From NCBI GenBank assembly GCA_918797485.1, contig CAKKNE010000005.1, forward strand, positions 3,224,001-3,288,000: a stretch of DNA of 64,000 bases, in the 5' to 3' direction. The notes beneath the pieces were generated by a model. It was given only the letters and a program-made list of their open reading frames with translations, made no database searches and was not told where the DNA came from. The DNA is from Pelagomonas calceolata. Taxonomy: Eukaryota. Numbering within the stretch: position 1 is the first letter of the stretch; the number at the start of each line of letters is the position of its first letter. The position numbers and the translations under genes are program-made. This document shows, piece after piece, positions 29,529 to 40,255 of the stretch.

Positions 29529-29837
29529 ATGACGCGCGGCAACCAGCGAGAAATAGACCGAGCAAGAGCCCAAGCCAGGGCCGCGAAGCACGCCGGCGGC
29601 GGGAAGGACGACGGCCTCACGCCCCAGCAGCGTAATGAAAGGGACAAGGCGGCCATGCTCGAGAAGCAGGCCAAGAAGCAGGCCGCGAAAGCGGCCGGCG
29701 AGGTCAAAGATAAAAAAGGAGCCCCAAAACCGGGAACGGTCGACGGCCCGGGCAAGAAGAAGAAGAAGGAGAAGAAGGAGGACCTGTCCGCGCTGCTTTC
29801 AGAAGGTCTCAACGTGAGCGGCAAGAAGAAGAAGTGA
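29529..29837 (+). CDS. SERF/4F5 small EDRK-rich factor-like protein
   Basis: MTRGNQREIDRARA...DGLTPQQRNERD. Confidence 0.85.
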   Translation: MTRGNQREIDRARAQARAAKHAGGGKDDGLTPQQRNERDKAAMLEKQAKKQAAKAAGEVKDKKGAPKPGTVDGPGKKKKKEKKEDLSALLSEGLNVSGKKKK

Positions 29838-30119
29838 GCCTTGCGTGTCGCCGGCTACGACTCCTGCGGCCGGCACGCGTCCCCGTAAATTGTGAAAGTT
29901 TTATATAGCCGCCCGTGTTGTGGCCCCCTCACACGCCGTCGCCCCGAGTGTTTGCTGGGAGGCGGCGACGCGACGGCAAGGGGAGAGCTGCGAGGGGTCA
30001 ACGCCGGGTTGCGCGATTCCAAAAATTTTATCCATTCACTTTTACGCCCCTCCCCAGAGAGCGGGCGCCGCCGCGCGGGCGGGGGCGACGCGCCGGCCCC
30101 GCGCGCGCATCCGTCAACT

Positions 30120-31058
30120 TCACGCCGCCGGCGCCGGCGCCGGCGCCGCCTTCGCCGGGTAGGGCATCGGCTCCGTCTGCCCCGGCTTCGGCAGCGGCCC
30201 GGCGACGGGGATCTGGACGCCGACGTAGTTCACGACGCGCTTGTTGATGTCGCGCAGCGCCGCCACGAAGAGCTGGTTCCAGAAGGGCGTGCCGTCCTTG
30301 CGGTAGTTGAGGATCGTCACCGTGACGTCGTCGCCTTGTTTAATGCCCTTGCTCAGTTCCTGCACGGCTTTCGGGTCCGTCGCCGGGCCCTGCAGGAATC
30401 TACAGTTTTTGCTGATGACCTCGTCGATCGTGTAGCCCGTCGTATCTAGGAAGCTTTTCGAGGCGTAGACGATGGGGTTGTCTTCTAATGAGGGGTCCGT
30501 GATGCAGAAGGAGCGCTGGGCCGATTGTAAAGTTTGCATGAGCGTGAAATCGGAGGCATTCAGTAGATCGGTGGCCTGTCTCCTGTTCTCCGTGACGACG
30601 GCGGGCAGAGCAGTCGTACAAGTAGCCAACACTTGCGCGGCGTCGGCTTGTAGAGCTGGCGTCGTCCGCACCAACTCCTTCAGCAACGCGTTCTCCCGTT
30701 CCACTTCGGTCACTTGCTGTTGCAAGCTCTCGAAGAAGAACTTCTTCCGCAGTCGCGTCCGGCGCGCCAGGATGCGGTTCCTATCCCTTCTCCGGTCGAT
30801 CTGGGCCTGGGTCTTCGCTCTAGCTGGTGCGGAGTCCGCCTTCCGCGGCTTCTTCGCCGGCGGCGGCTTCGGCGCCGGCGCGGGCGGCGCCGGCGGCGAG
30901 TGGCCCCTTTGGCTATCGTGGTCGCTCGACGACGCACTCACGGTATTGTACAGGGCGCCGGGGTCATCATCTAGGTCCTGCAGCAGGTAGTCGCAGAGGC
31001 CCGCGTCACTTAAATTCGCCTCAAACGTCCCAAAGGACATGTTGGTCATGTCCGCCAT
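30120..31058 (-). CDS. Aureochrome (bZIP-LOV), AUREO2-like
   Basis: bZIP RRDRNRILARRTRLRKKFFFESLQ; LOV SFCITDPSLEDNPIVYAS...KNCRFLQG...NYRKDGTPFWN...GVQ; first ATG at 31058. Confidence 0.92.
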   Translation of the reverse strand: MADMTNMSFGTFEANLSDAGLCDYLLQDLDDDPGALYNTVSASSSDHDSQRGHSPPAPPAPAPKPPPAKKPRKADSAPARAKTQAQIDRRRDRNRILARRTRLRKKFFFESLQQQVTEVERENALLKELVRTTPALQADAAQVLATCTTALPAVVTENRRQATDLLNASDFTLMQTLQSAQRSFCITDPSLEDNPIVYASKSFLDTTGYTIDEVISKNCRFLQGPATDPKAVQELSKGIKQGDDVTVTILNYRKDGTPFWNQLFVAALRDINKRVVNYVGVQIPVAGPLPKPGQTEPMPYPAKAAPAPAPAA

Positions 31059-31774
31059 GGTTTCGACGGTGCCGGCGGCGCGGCGTCGCGGTGGGGTGTC
31101 TTTCACGCTTATATAGCAAGCTGGTGCGCCGTATGGGCTGCGCGGCGCGGCGGCGGCGTATGGCGAGGCTATTTGGCGCCTCGCGGGGGCTAGCGCGACG
31201 ATTCCGCTATCCTCGCTGCAGGGGTCTGGAGAGCGGTGCTAGGGCTTCCCACGCCAAGCGCTTCGGGCGGTGGGTTGTGGGTGCAAGAAGCTCGAGCTAC
31301 CGCGTGTTTTGGACGGTTGGGGGGCCGGGGCGGTGCCTAACACAGCCTCAGAGCCGGGAGCTGCTGCCTTTCAAGCCCAGCCTAGAGCCTGCGTACTAAA
31401 AGTAACTAAACGCTGGGGCCTCACGACGCGTCCCCGGCCTCGCTCCACCCCCCGGCACCAGCTCGAAGCGTGGCGGCTGAAAACATAGCGCAATACACAC
31501 TCTAGCTTCATGATTGAGTTTCAGTGCTCGTGGGATAAAAATCCAACGCTGCGCCTGCCGCGGCGAGTTGGACTGGCTTGCGTGCGCTGCGGCTGCCGAC
31601 TGGTCGCCCTGGTCAGGCCTGTAGCAACGGCGACGGCGCCAGAGCGCGGGGCCGGTGTGGGTGCAAGAGGCGCGCTCGGAGCGTTTCCGGTCACCGGCGG
31701 CGCGCGCCGAGCGGCGCGGCGGAACGCGTCAGCAACTTAATTTGTTTGTGTAGTAGCGGAACGGGCGAAGGGCG

Positions 31775-33115
31775 ATGAGCATGGCGACCCAGGCGCCGAC
31801 GTTCGGCCTCGACGGGTCCGAGTTGGACGTCATGGACGGCCTCTTCTTCAACGAGTTGACTGATTTACCCGTAGAACCGGCGCACAACCAGACGTTGTTT
31901 GCCCAGCCGAAATCTGAGCCGCCGATCACGGACGAAGAATTAATTGCTTCCTTACCTCTCCCGCACGAGGCGCCGGCGCCGCCGCCGGCGCCGCCGCCGC
32001 CTCCAGCGAAGCCGGCAGCTAGAGGTGCGGCGAAGGATGCGGCGGATCTGTCCGAGACGCGGAGAGCACGGAACAGAGAGCATGCTCGCCGTTCTAGGTG
32101 TCGGAAGAAACTGATCATCGAGTCCTTGCAGCAGTCCTTGACCGCGTATCAAGCGGAAAACGAGCGGTTGAGACAATTTGTAAGGGCCAAATTAGGCGAA
32201 GCGGAAGCCGCGCCGCGGCTCGAGTGGTGCGAGGCCCGTTCGAAGGGCGAGGCGACGGACACGGACTTGACGGGCGGCGCGAACGCGCGCATGATCAACA
32301 AGTACGACTACGGGCTGCTGGAGGCCCTGAAACATGCTCGTAGAAGCTTCGTGATCACCGATCCGACGCTCCCGGACAACCCGATCGTCTTCGCGAGTGG
32401 TGCGCGCGCGGCGTCCGAGTTTTGCGATCCGCGCGAGGGGCGCCGCGGCGTCGTCGCGGCGCGGCGGTACGCGTCGATGGCGTCATGGCCGAGTTTACGA
32501 TCCGTCGGAGCGCGAGAGGCGCCGCGGCGCGGTACGCCCGAGAGACGCCGTCGACGCCGCCTCGGCCCCACGAGACGGTCCCACACGCGCACGCCGTCGC
32601 CGCGACCCGGAGAGCACGCGTCGGTCTTGGGGTCGCGGCGACGGCGCATGGGTGGCACCCGACGCCATCGTTCTCCGAGAGAACACACGCCGTCACCACG
32701 AAAAAACACAGGCGGCTTCCTCTCGCTCACGGGCTACAAGCTCGAGCAGGTCTTGGGGAGGAATTGTCGGTTCCTCCAGGGTCCCAGAACGGACGCGAGG
32801 GCCGTAGCCAAAATCCGGGACGCCATCAAGTCGGGACGGGACGTGCAGATCGTGCTGCTGAACTACAAGATCGACAGCACGACGTTCTGGAACCACTTCT
32901 TCATCGCCGCGCTGCGGGACGACAAGGGGGATGTGGTCAATTTCCTGGGCGTCCAGATCGAGGTGTCCGAGCGGGTCGCCGTGGGCATCCTCCAGAACGC
33001 CGAGGGCAAGGCCAAACAACCGGAGAAGGGCCCGGCCGTGCAGGCGGCGGCGGCGGCGGCGGCGGCGCAGCTGCCGCCGAAGAGCTCGGGCACGAAGCGC
33101 GAGCGCGGCGCGTGA
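31775..33115 (+). CDS. Aureochrome (bZIP-LOV), AUREO1-like; exons 31775-32399 and 32712-33115
   Basis: bZIP RRARNREHARRSRCRKKLIIESLQ; LOV SFVITDPTLPDNPIVFASG|GFLSLTGY...GRNCRFLQG...NYKIDSTTFWN...GVQ after intron removal. Confidence 0.92.
   Translation: MSMATQAPTFGLDGSELDVMDGLFFNELTDLPVEPAHNQTLFAQPKSEPPITDEELIASLPLPHEAPAPPPAPPPPPAKPAARGAAKDAADLSETRRARNREHARRSRCRKKLIIESLQQSLTAYQAENERLRQFVRAKLGEAEAAPRLEWCEARSKGEATDTDLTGGANARMINKYDYGLLEALKHARRSFVITDPTLPDNPIVFASGARAASEFCDPREGRRGVVAARRYASMASWPSLRSVGAREAPRRGTPERRRRRRLGPTRRSHTRTPSPRPGEHASVLGSRRRRMGGTRRHRSPREHTPSPRKNTGGFLSLTGYKLEQVLGRNCRFLQGPRTDARAVAKIRDAIKSGRDVQIVLLNYKIDSTTFWNHFFIAALRDDKGDVVNFLGVQIEVSERVAVGILQNAEGKAKQPEKGPAVQAAAAAAAAQLPPKSSGTKRERGA
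32400..32711 (+). other. Spliceosomal intron (312 nt, in frame, no stop) inside the LOV domain
   Basis: GTGCGC donor and ACACAG acceptor; removal restores the contiguous LOV motif; contains TCGATGGCGT and ACGCCATCG. Confidence 0.88.
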
Positions 33116-33163
33116 TAGCATATAGAATTCCTCCCCCAATTCCTAAAAAAAACATCGTCGCTA

Positions 33164-33457
33164 CTATTGTTTACCTTCCTTCTTGAGCGCTTCATATTCG
33201 ATCGGGTGCATGCCCTTGGGCCGCTCGTTCGCCGGGTCCTTCGCCATCGACATACCGAAGGTGCCGACGGCCAGCACGACGATCGTCGCGCCCTGGGCGA
33301 CGACGCGTGCCCGCATCATCTTTTGGGAGAGCGCGGCCTGGCCCGTGTGGAAAGTATACAAGCCCGCTAATAGGCAGGCGAGCGTCGCGCCGCAGCCGAC
33401 CGGGACCAAAGGGTCCCTTTCTGCTTTACGCATGAATTTTGTGAGGAAGCCCTCCAT
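33164..33457 (-). CDS. HIG1-domain protein (Rcf1-like)
   Basis: PLVPVG...SQKMMRARVVAQGAT with two TM helices. Confidence 0.9.
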   Translation of the reverse strand: MEGFLTKFMRKAERDPLVPVGCGATLACLLAGLYTFHTGQAALSQKMMRARVVAQGATIVVLAVGTFGMSMAKDPANERPKGMHPIEYEALKKEGKQ

Positions 33458-33859
33458 TGTTTAAGCTGTTGTGGCGTGTATTTAGCGTTTCGCCGGCGGC
33501 GTTAAAGCACACGAGACTGCAGGGAGAGCTATCTGCTGCTGTGAGCAGTCGTGGCGCCCTATAGCTGAAGTGAGCGGTCTTGTGGGGTCGCCAGAGCAGC
33601 TATGTGAGTCTCGGTAAACGCTGATGGCACGCTGGGGCTGTGTAATTTGTGCACGTCCAAAAAGCTGTGCGCTGGCGTTAGCGCATAAAGACACTAGCAC
33701 ACAAGCAATCCCAGCTTTTTGCGACCTCCTCCGCGCCACAGCAGCCAGCAGCAGGCCTCACGATCAAGCAGCACACGCCTACATACCCAGCGCACAGAAT
33801 TGGTTGCGAAGGGACCGCTCAAAATAAGCCGCAACGCTAAAAACGCTGTGCACAGCAGG

Positions 33860-34774
33860 ATGCCAGCAGCGCCCGACGTGCCAGCCCACGAGCTGACCGA
33901 AGACAAAGTTTTAAGGATAAAGTACGCGGACCGCTGGACCATTGCTTGGAAATGTGTCCTTGACGACAACAACAACGTGACCGACCTACTACCGGCGAGG
34001 AACGGCCTGCCCGACGGGGACCAGGCGCCGTACACGACCTACCCGCTGGCGAGCTTCCCGAGCTTATTGGGTCAAACAGGGAGCGCACCACTGTCCGACG
34101 TCGCGGCCGACGCCGTAAGAGCATTTCACGCGCGACAGCTCGAGCGTGCCGGCGACGACATACAAGCTCTCGAGCGGCGGGGCGTGCTGCGCGGCGTCGT
34201 CGTCAGCAGCCACCGGACCGAGGTGGTCTGCGACGTGGAGAGCGGTGAAGAGCGGCCGATCGCTGCGCTGACCTTCAACGGCCAGGACTGGCGAGGCTCC
34301 CTAGAGAACCTCGACCACGCGAGGCGCCTGCCTCTGACGCGGGAGAGCGCTCTCCAAGCGGCGCGGTTGCCAGCGCCCACCGCCGACGAGTGGCTCAGTA
34401 AAGCACGACACGCGTTGACCGACGGGCGGGAGAGGCGCAAGGCGTTGTGCCGGGCGTTCGCTGACAAGCATGTGGTCGCCGAGGTGGACACCGACGATTT
34501 TGCCCGGTGCCACGTACTCCTGAGGCGGAGAGTCGATCGGACGCTCATCTCGTGCTTGCTGCGGGTAGAGTTCTCGGCCGATTTCCCGGCGCGGCCGCCG
34601 ACGCTTTACCTCAGGGAATATGGCGGCAAGAAGGACCACCGCCTGGACCCGTCGTTATACAGGTATTCTCCTCGTTGGGACGTGGAGCGCATGTCACAAG
34701 AACTACGAGACCATGCCTATGGAATGGTGGTGGCCACGCTCTGCCAGCCCGCGGGCACGCTGAACACGTTTTGA
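33860..34774 (+). CDS. BRE/BRCC45 (BABAM2)-like protein
   Basis: C-terminal UEV-like segment RRKALCRAF...VAEVDTDDF...FPARPPTLYL...YRYSPRWD; ATG at 33860. Confidence 0.7.
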   Translation: MPAAPDVPAHELTEDKVLRIKYADRWTIAWKCVLDDNNNVTDLLPARNGLPDGDQAPYTTYPLASFPSLLGQTGSAPLSDVAADAVRAFHARQLERAGDDIQALERRGVLRGVVVSSHRTEVVCDVESGEERPIAALTFNGQDWRGSLENLDHARRLPLTRESALQAARLPAPTADEWLSKARHALTDGRERRKALCRAFADKHVVAEVDTDDFARCHVLLRRRVDRTLISCLLRVEFSADFPARPPTLYLREYGGKKDHRLDPSLYRYSPRWDVERMSQELRDHAYGMVVATLCQPAGTLNTF

Positions 34775-34865
34775 ACGCCAACGACGCGACTAAGTACTGT
34801 GTGTGAGTAAAACAAGATAAGTTAGCTCTCCTCCGGCAGGCCGAAGCCGCGGCGGCCGTTGCGGA

Positions 34866-36852
34866 TCAAATCACCCCTAACGCCCTCAACCGCGGGCACA
34901 GCTTGCGGTGGCCCTTCTTCCAGTGCGAGGCCTGGCACTTGCGCGAGCAGTAGGCGACGCGGTGGCAGCCCGTGCAAGCCTTGACGGGGACTTGTTTGGT
35001 CGCGCGCGCGCCGCAGCACGCGCACGCGTGCTCGCCGTCGCAGACGTCGACGAGGACCACGGCGTCGTCCGGCGTCGACGACAACGTGGCGACGGCGTCG
35101 TCCTCGCCCTTCGCGAGGGACACGGCCGTCACCGTGCGCGTCTCCGAAAGAACGAACCGCGCCTGGACGAGCGAGACCTCGCCCAGACCCTTTGGCCCAT
35201 TCTTCGCTTCCGTCACCAAGCCGCGCATGGCGTGCAAGCAGGGTAACGCCTCCTGCGACGACGGCGTCTGCTGGCCCTTGTCGAATTCGATCGTAAACCG
35301 GCCCTCCTTCACTTGCGTCTTCACAAACAACCAGCCGCGCACGCTTAAAGCCAACTGGACCTCCTGGCCCAGCCACGAATCTGGTGGAGGCGTCTCACAC
35401 ACACTCGCGTAGTCGGCGCCGACGGCCGCGACCGCGGCCACGGCCGCGCCCCGTAACGCGGACGCCCAGCCTCGTAAGACGCGCCCGTGGCGGTCGCCGC
35501 GCGCCGCGAGGACGCCGTCCTTCACCGGTATCGTACTATGCAACCAGGCATCCACGGAATGGCCGAAGATCGGATCCGTCAGGGGTTCATACCCTAAATC
35601 ATCTTTGCCGGGAATTTTGTTAAGCAACTCCGAAGATGTAGAAGCGGTGTCGTCGAAGAAGCGACCGATGGCCGTCAAGGCCCGTAGGAACCCGCGCAGC
35701 GTGGTCTGCAGCCCCATCCCGAAGCCGGCCCACTCCTTGATATCGTCTGGATCGTCGTCCTCGAGCGCCAAGACTTGTTGTAAAGCTGGATTTAACACTT
35801 GTAGAGCCGAGGCGCGCCTCGCCCCATTGAGCTTGCGGATGCCTTCTCGTAATGCGTTGGCCAAACAAAGCGCCAGCGTCCCGTATTTCGGCAGGCCGGC
35901 GTGCCGCGCGTAGGCGACGTAACTCACCAACTCGTGGTCCTCGACCCGACCCTGGAGCAGGGGCTGAAATAAGAACGAGGGCGCCGGGCCGCGCGGCTCG
36001 ACGAAGACCTCGACGGCGTCCGCGTCGCCGGGCTCGACGCGCTGCCACGCCGCTATTAACTCATCTTTCCGATCTTCCCGTCTAGACAGGGCGAATAAAA
36101 CTTCGCAGCCGACGCGCTTGATGCCCTCGGTTAACTGTAAGGGGCGCATGCCCGGCTCCGCTACTACGAGAGACGCGCACGCGAGGGGCCCGTCCTGCGC
36201 GTGGGATCGACGCCGTCGACGCGATCCGCTATCGATGGCGTGGCGCTCGACGCCGTCGATGCGACCCCGAAACCATTGATGCCGCGTTGAAGGCACCCAA
36301 GACACACGGTGCGCGCACGGCCCAGGCCGCGTCCCATGCACCCGCTTCGCCCGCGGCCGCCTCTCTAATGGATTCCCAGCACGCATCCACTGCCTTTTCG
36401 CAGACCGGGCGGTTCGTCGGGCCCGTCGCGTCTATCTGATTCGAGACGAAGTACCGCGCGAGGGCCAGCCTCAAGTGCGTGCGCGACGCGAGGTCCTCCC
36501 GCAGCCGCGCGGAACACGTCGCGTCGAGCTTCTTGGCCACACGCGCGTGGGCGTACAACTGCGCCGCGTCGACGGACGGCCACGGGTCTTTCAGGTGTAG
36601 TATAGCTGCGGGGACCGCTTCAGCATCTTTCAGGTTTGAGGGCAGCTGCTCGCCCGCGAATAACGCGCCCGTCGGGCCCGGCGACGCGTGGCGCATGAGG
36701 CACCTTCTCTCGGTTGGCGTCAGCCATGTGGCGTCGCCGGGGATGGGGTTCTTGAGCTTCGCATCGCGCTTGCGCAGCGCGGCGTCGTACTTGTCGGGTC
36801 CGAGGCGCGTGGCGCCCTCTTTCGCCCAGTCGACGCCGGCGATTGTCGGCTC

Positions 36853-36888
<36 letters not shown>

Positions 36889-37020
36889 CGACGCGTGGTC
36901 CTTCGCGAGCTCGTCGTACTTGCGCAGCCAGGCCTCGGCTCTGTCCGGATCGACCGTTTGCTTCTCGTCGTCGCTGTCGCTGGCTCCTTCGATGGTGTTG
37001 AATTTGCTGTAGTCGACCAT
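34866..37020 (-). CDS. MYND zinc-finger protein; exons 37020-36319 and 36194-34866
   Basis: MVDYSKF N-terminus; C-terminal CACCG...CTGCHRVAYCSRKCQASHWKKGHRKLC; the two ORFs join in phase 0 across a GT..AG intron. Confidence 0.82.
36195..36318 (-). other. Spliceosomal intron (124 nt)
   Basis: GTGCGC donor and GCAG acceptor; restores the frame; contains the CCACGCCATCGA motif. Confidence 0.82.
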
Positions 37021-37358
37021 TGTGCTTGGACAGCTCGAGAGGCTTCGGAGAGAGCTCGGCTGGCAAAGTGTGCTGGGGCTTTAACGATGGAATGGATGCG
37101 ACAGCGCGTCAGCGGTATCCAAATGAGCAACGCACTTGCACTGCCGCTCTGATTTTAGGATCAATGAGCGCGTTTCGCGTGTGCCCGGCTTTTGTCGAAA
37201 TCCTAGTATGTCACACTTAGCTGATTATGGAGAGCAGCGCAGCAACATATCGAGCCATATCGAGGCCCGCAGTAGCGTTAGTAAGCGACGCGACGTACCT
37301 GCTGAACTTCGTTCACCATCACATCACTGCACGCATTCGGTTTTATCCGCACGGGCAC

Positions 37359-38591
37359 ATGTCGGCCATCACAGAGCTAGAGGCAGCGCTCAGAGGCACT
37401 GCTGATGCTGACACCGACGGCGAAGACATCGAGGCCTTCCTACCAGGCCGGCGGACCGTGACGTTCGACCGCTCTCCCAAGCGCCAACGCGTGGGCGTGC
37501 CGCCGGCGACGCCGCCGCACGCGCCGCGGCCACGCCCGCCAGCCCCCGCGACGCCTGAGATGAGGCATGCGCCGGCCGTGACGCAGAGCCCGCCCGGCCC
37601 GCCGACCGCGGGCGGCTCCTCCAGCGATGACGAGTCGGTGCCACCGCGCCGGAAATGGGCCCCGCCGACGGCCGGATTCAGTACTTCGGACGATGAAGAG
37701 GAGGAGGCGCCCGCGAGGCCGGCCGACGACGACACGGACGACGGCGACGACGCGCCTGCTGCCGCGTTGCCCGTGCCTGCGCCACCACCGCCACCGCCGC
37801 CACCGCCGCCGCCCCCTGCCCAAACGCCAGCCCAACGAGCCTTCGCGTGCCTCGAGAGCGACGCGAAAGCCATGGGCACCACGCCCCACGGCTTCCGGCG
37901 CATGCCGACGCTGCTGCTCGCCGCCTACCGGGGGGACACGGCGGCAGTGGCGGCGCTACCACTGCTATTCCAGCGGCGCGAGATCGTGATTGGCCTCGGG
38001 ATGCGGGAAGAAAGGGTTGGAGGGGAGGTGACTCGAACGCGACTCGGCAGCCGCGTCGTCAGGGCACCGGTAAGCGATTTCGCGATGCAGAAGACGCCCA
38101 TCGACGATCAGAATGCGCTGCACCTGGCGGCCGGTCCGGGCGAAGAGCGCCTCGCGTTCGTCGTCGCCTTCCTCGACCTCGTTGGCTTCGAGACCGGCAT
38201 GCACCTCGCGATGGAGCGGCAGCGGGACGGCGTCTCGCCCGCGTGGCGCGCGCGGCAGAATAAACACCGGCACGTCGTGGAGCTGTACGAGCCGCTGCAG
38301 AGAGGCGACCGCGCGAGCTTCATGGCGCAACTCGACGCGGCGCGCCGCCTGGTGCCGTTCGAGCCGCCACAGTCTCCGCCGGAGGCGCCACCGCGCGCGC
38401 CCGTCGTGGCACGGTGGGTACAAGAGACGCGACGGCCGCCGCCGCGACGGCGGAGAGCGCCGTCGCCGGACTCCTCGGACGGCGACGACGGCGACTCGTC
38501 GATCGAGTGGGGGCCGGTGATCCCGGCGCCGGCGCGGCGCGCACCTCCTCGGCCTATTCCAGAGGGCAAGGAGATCATTGAGATCGAATAA
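37359..38591 (+). CDS. Proline-rich protein with ankyrin-like repeats
   Basis: PTLLLAAYRGD, NALHLAA, GVSPAWRARQNKH; start could be 37227 or 37359. Confidence 0.65.
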   Translation: MSAITELEAALRGTADADTDGEDIEAFLPGRRTVTFDRSPKRQRVGVPPATPPHAPRPRPPAPATPEMRHAPAVTQSPPGPPTAGGSSSDDESVPPRRKWAPPTAGFSTSDDEEEEAPARPADDDTDDGDDAPAAALPVPAPPPPPPPPPPPPAQTPAQRAFACLESDAKAMGTTPHGFRRMPTLLLAAYRGDTAAVAALPLLFQRREIVIGLGMREERVGGEVTRTRLGSRVVRAPVSDFAMQKTPIDDQNALHLAAGPGEERLAFVVAFLDLVGFETGMHLAMERQRDGVSPAWRARQNKHRHVVELYEPLQRGDRASFMAQLDAARRLVPFEPPQSPPEAPPRAPVVARWVQETRRPPPRRRRAPSPDSSDGDDGDSSIEWGPVIPAPARRAPPRPIPEGKEIIEIE

Positions 38592-38613
38592 GATCCTTTT
38601 TTTGAGTCATGCC

Positions 38614-38634
38614 TATTGTTACGGTGCTAGGACT
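38614..38634 (+). repeat. Invariant 21-mer (copy 2 of 3)
   Basis: TATTGTTACGGTGCTAGGACT. Confidence 0.85.
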
Positions 38635-38660
38635 AGGGGGAACCGATGCATCGCGCGAGA

Positions 38661-38682
38661 CTAGTGTGTTACATGCCGCTAG
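38661..38682 (-). promoter_or_regulatory. Paired-CTAG box
   Basis: Reverse complement CTAGCGGCATGTAACACACTAG, one mismatch to 295-316. Confidence 0.65.
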
Positions 38683-38745
38683 CTCCCTCGAATTTCAAGT
38701 CTCGCAGCCTCGTGCTCGTCGCATAGATCGAGATTGGCAATATCG

Positions 38746-39777
38746 ATGGCTGAGGTAGTAGATCTGACAGCTATCAACAGCGACGACGAGCCGCAGCGCG
38801 CAGCTCCCACCATAGACCTCACCAAGGACAGTGATGATGAGCCGCCAGTCAAGCGCGCGAGACGCGACGAAACTGCTGCAGACGGGCCGATTAAGATCGT
38901 CGCGTGGAACGCGTCCGGCGTCACGCACAAAAGCGGGAAGAACCGGGACAAGCTCGCGCGCCTCGTGCAGCGCATCGGACGGGTCGACGCGATCGTCGTC
39001 GCGGAGTGCACTGTGAAGCGGGGCGAGGAGGCCGCCGCGCGCGCGCTGCTGCCCGGCTACGATTGCTATATCACGCACGTCCAGGAAACGACGCCGCGGG
39101 AGCACAGGGGCGCCGGCGTCGCGTTCTATATTCGGCGTGACAGTGTGCTCGCGCGCAACGGGCGACTGCTGCCCTCGGCGCCGTGGGATCGCCTGGGCAT
39201 GGTCGGCCAGTACTCGTGCGACGTCGGCGTCATCGTGGGCGCCTATCTGCCGACGCCGACAAACAAAAACCAGGACGCTGCGCTGCGCGAGGCGCTCGAC
39301 GACGAGTATCCGCTCCTCGTGAAGAGCCACGGCCATCGCCTCCTCTGCTTCTGCGGCGATTTGAACGCCACGCTATCGAAGACGCTAGACTCGACGAAGT
39401 GGTTCGGCGGCCCGCGCTACACCGTCTCGAGGACGACCCTCGAGAACTGCATCAACAACCTGCACCTCGTCGACGTCGTCCGCAACAGGTGGCCCGCCAC
39501 GGCCAAGTACACGGCGTTCCAGTCGCGCTTTGACGACAAGAAGCAGAAAATGGTGTACTGGCGCGCGCGGCCTGACTACGTCTTGGTGCCCCAGGGGCGC
39601 GCTTCACGCGTCGAGGACGTCGTCGTGCCGGACGGCGAGCAGTGGGTGCGACACATCCCGGCGCCGGCGAGCCAACCCAAGCGCTACGAGGGAGAGCGCT
39701 ACATCTCCGTGGACAAGGAGGGCACGCTCTGCGGCTCGGACCACGTGCCGATCGTCGTGACGATGAGGCTATCCTAA
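38746..39777 (+). CDS. Exonuclease III/AP endonuclease-like (EEP fold) protein
   Basis: IVAWNASG, AE, AGVA, AYLP, CGDLN, YTAF, RPDY, GSDHVPI. Confidence 0.85.
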   Translation: MAEVVDLTAINSDDEPQRAAPTIDLTKDSDDEPPVKRARRDETAADGPIKIVAWNASGVTHKSGKNRDKLARLVQRIGRVDAIVVAECTVKRGEEAAARALLPGYDCYITHVQETTPREHRGAGVAFYIRRDSVLARNGRLLPSAPWDRLGMVGQYSCDVGVIVGAYLPTPTNKNQDAALREALDDEYPLLVKSHGHRLLCFCGDLNATLSKTLDSTKWFGGPRYTVSRTTLENCINNLHLVDVVRNRWPATAKYTAFQSRFDDKKQKMVYWRARPDYVLVPQGRASRVEDVVVPDGEQWVRHIPAPASQPKRYEGERYISVDKEGTLCGSDHVPIVVTMRLS

Positions 39778-39808
39778 GTAAGTACAACAACAAGGTCCCC
39801 TTAGCAAA

Positions 39809-40255
39809 CTAGGCGTGGAACCGCTGGTAGTCGGGCACGCGGTCCTTCTTCACCTTGCCCCAGCCGGCGCCCGGCAGCGCGGGCGCGGGCGATGGTGAAG
39901 GCGGCGGCGGCGGGGCCTCCTCCTTGGCCTCCTCGACGCCATCTTCATGAGTCTTCTTCTTGTGCGCTATTGATTTGTTTTTTCTACAATCAGGATCATC
40001 GCAGTCGGACCCACTGGACTCCGTCGACGACTCACCGAAGGGCCTTTTTTTGTGGTAGATGCAGCAGCGCTTCGACGACTTCCGTCCTAAGTGTTCATTA
40101 TCAACAGTGTCGTCGGCGAAGGAGATGTGGGGCCGCGGGTTCAGGCGGAGCACGAGCGTCGGGGCGGGCGCCGGCGCGGCGTCGCCGTCCGTCTTCGTTT
40201 CTTCTTCTATTATGGTCGCGGTGGCGTCGTTGGTGTTGTCGTGCGTGGGCGCCAT
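39809..40255 (-). CDS. Protein phosphatase 1 inhibitor-3 (PPP1R11/Ypi1-like)
   Basis: [27 protein letters not shown]...FGESS. Confidence 0.9.
   Translation of the reverse strand: MAPTHDNTNDATATIIEEETKTDGDAAPAPAPTLVLRLNPRPHISFADDTVDNEHLGRKSSKRCCIYHKKRPFGESSTESSGSDCDDPDCRKNKSIAHKKKTHEDGVEEAKEEAPPPPPSPSPAPALPGAGWGKVKKDRVPDYQRFHA

Noticed and set aside
31059..31774. Aureochrome autoregulatory TGACGT site in the shared promoter
   Set aside because: I found no exact TGACGT in this spacer; a lone match near 29309 is not significant.
36851..36888. (TCGCTG)n hexamer repeat
   Set aside because: Encodes a low-complexity Ser-Asp tract; ordinary.
38746..39777. EEP nuclease as a LINE retrotransposon endonuclease
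   Set aside because: No reverse transcriptase follows and there is no tail or TSD; it has a normal stop and promoter box.
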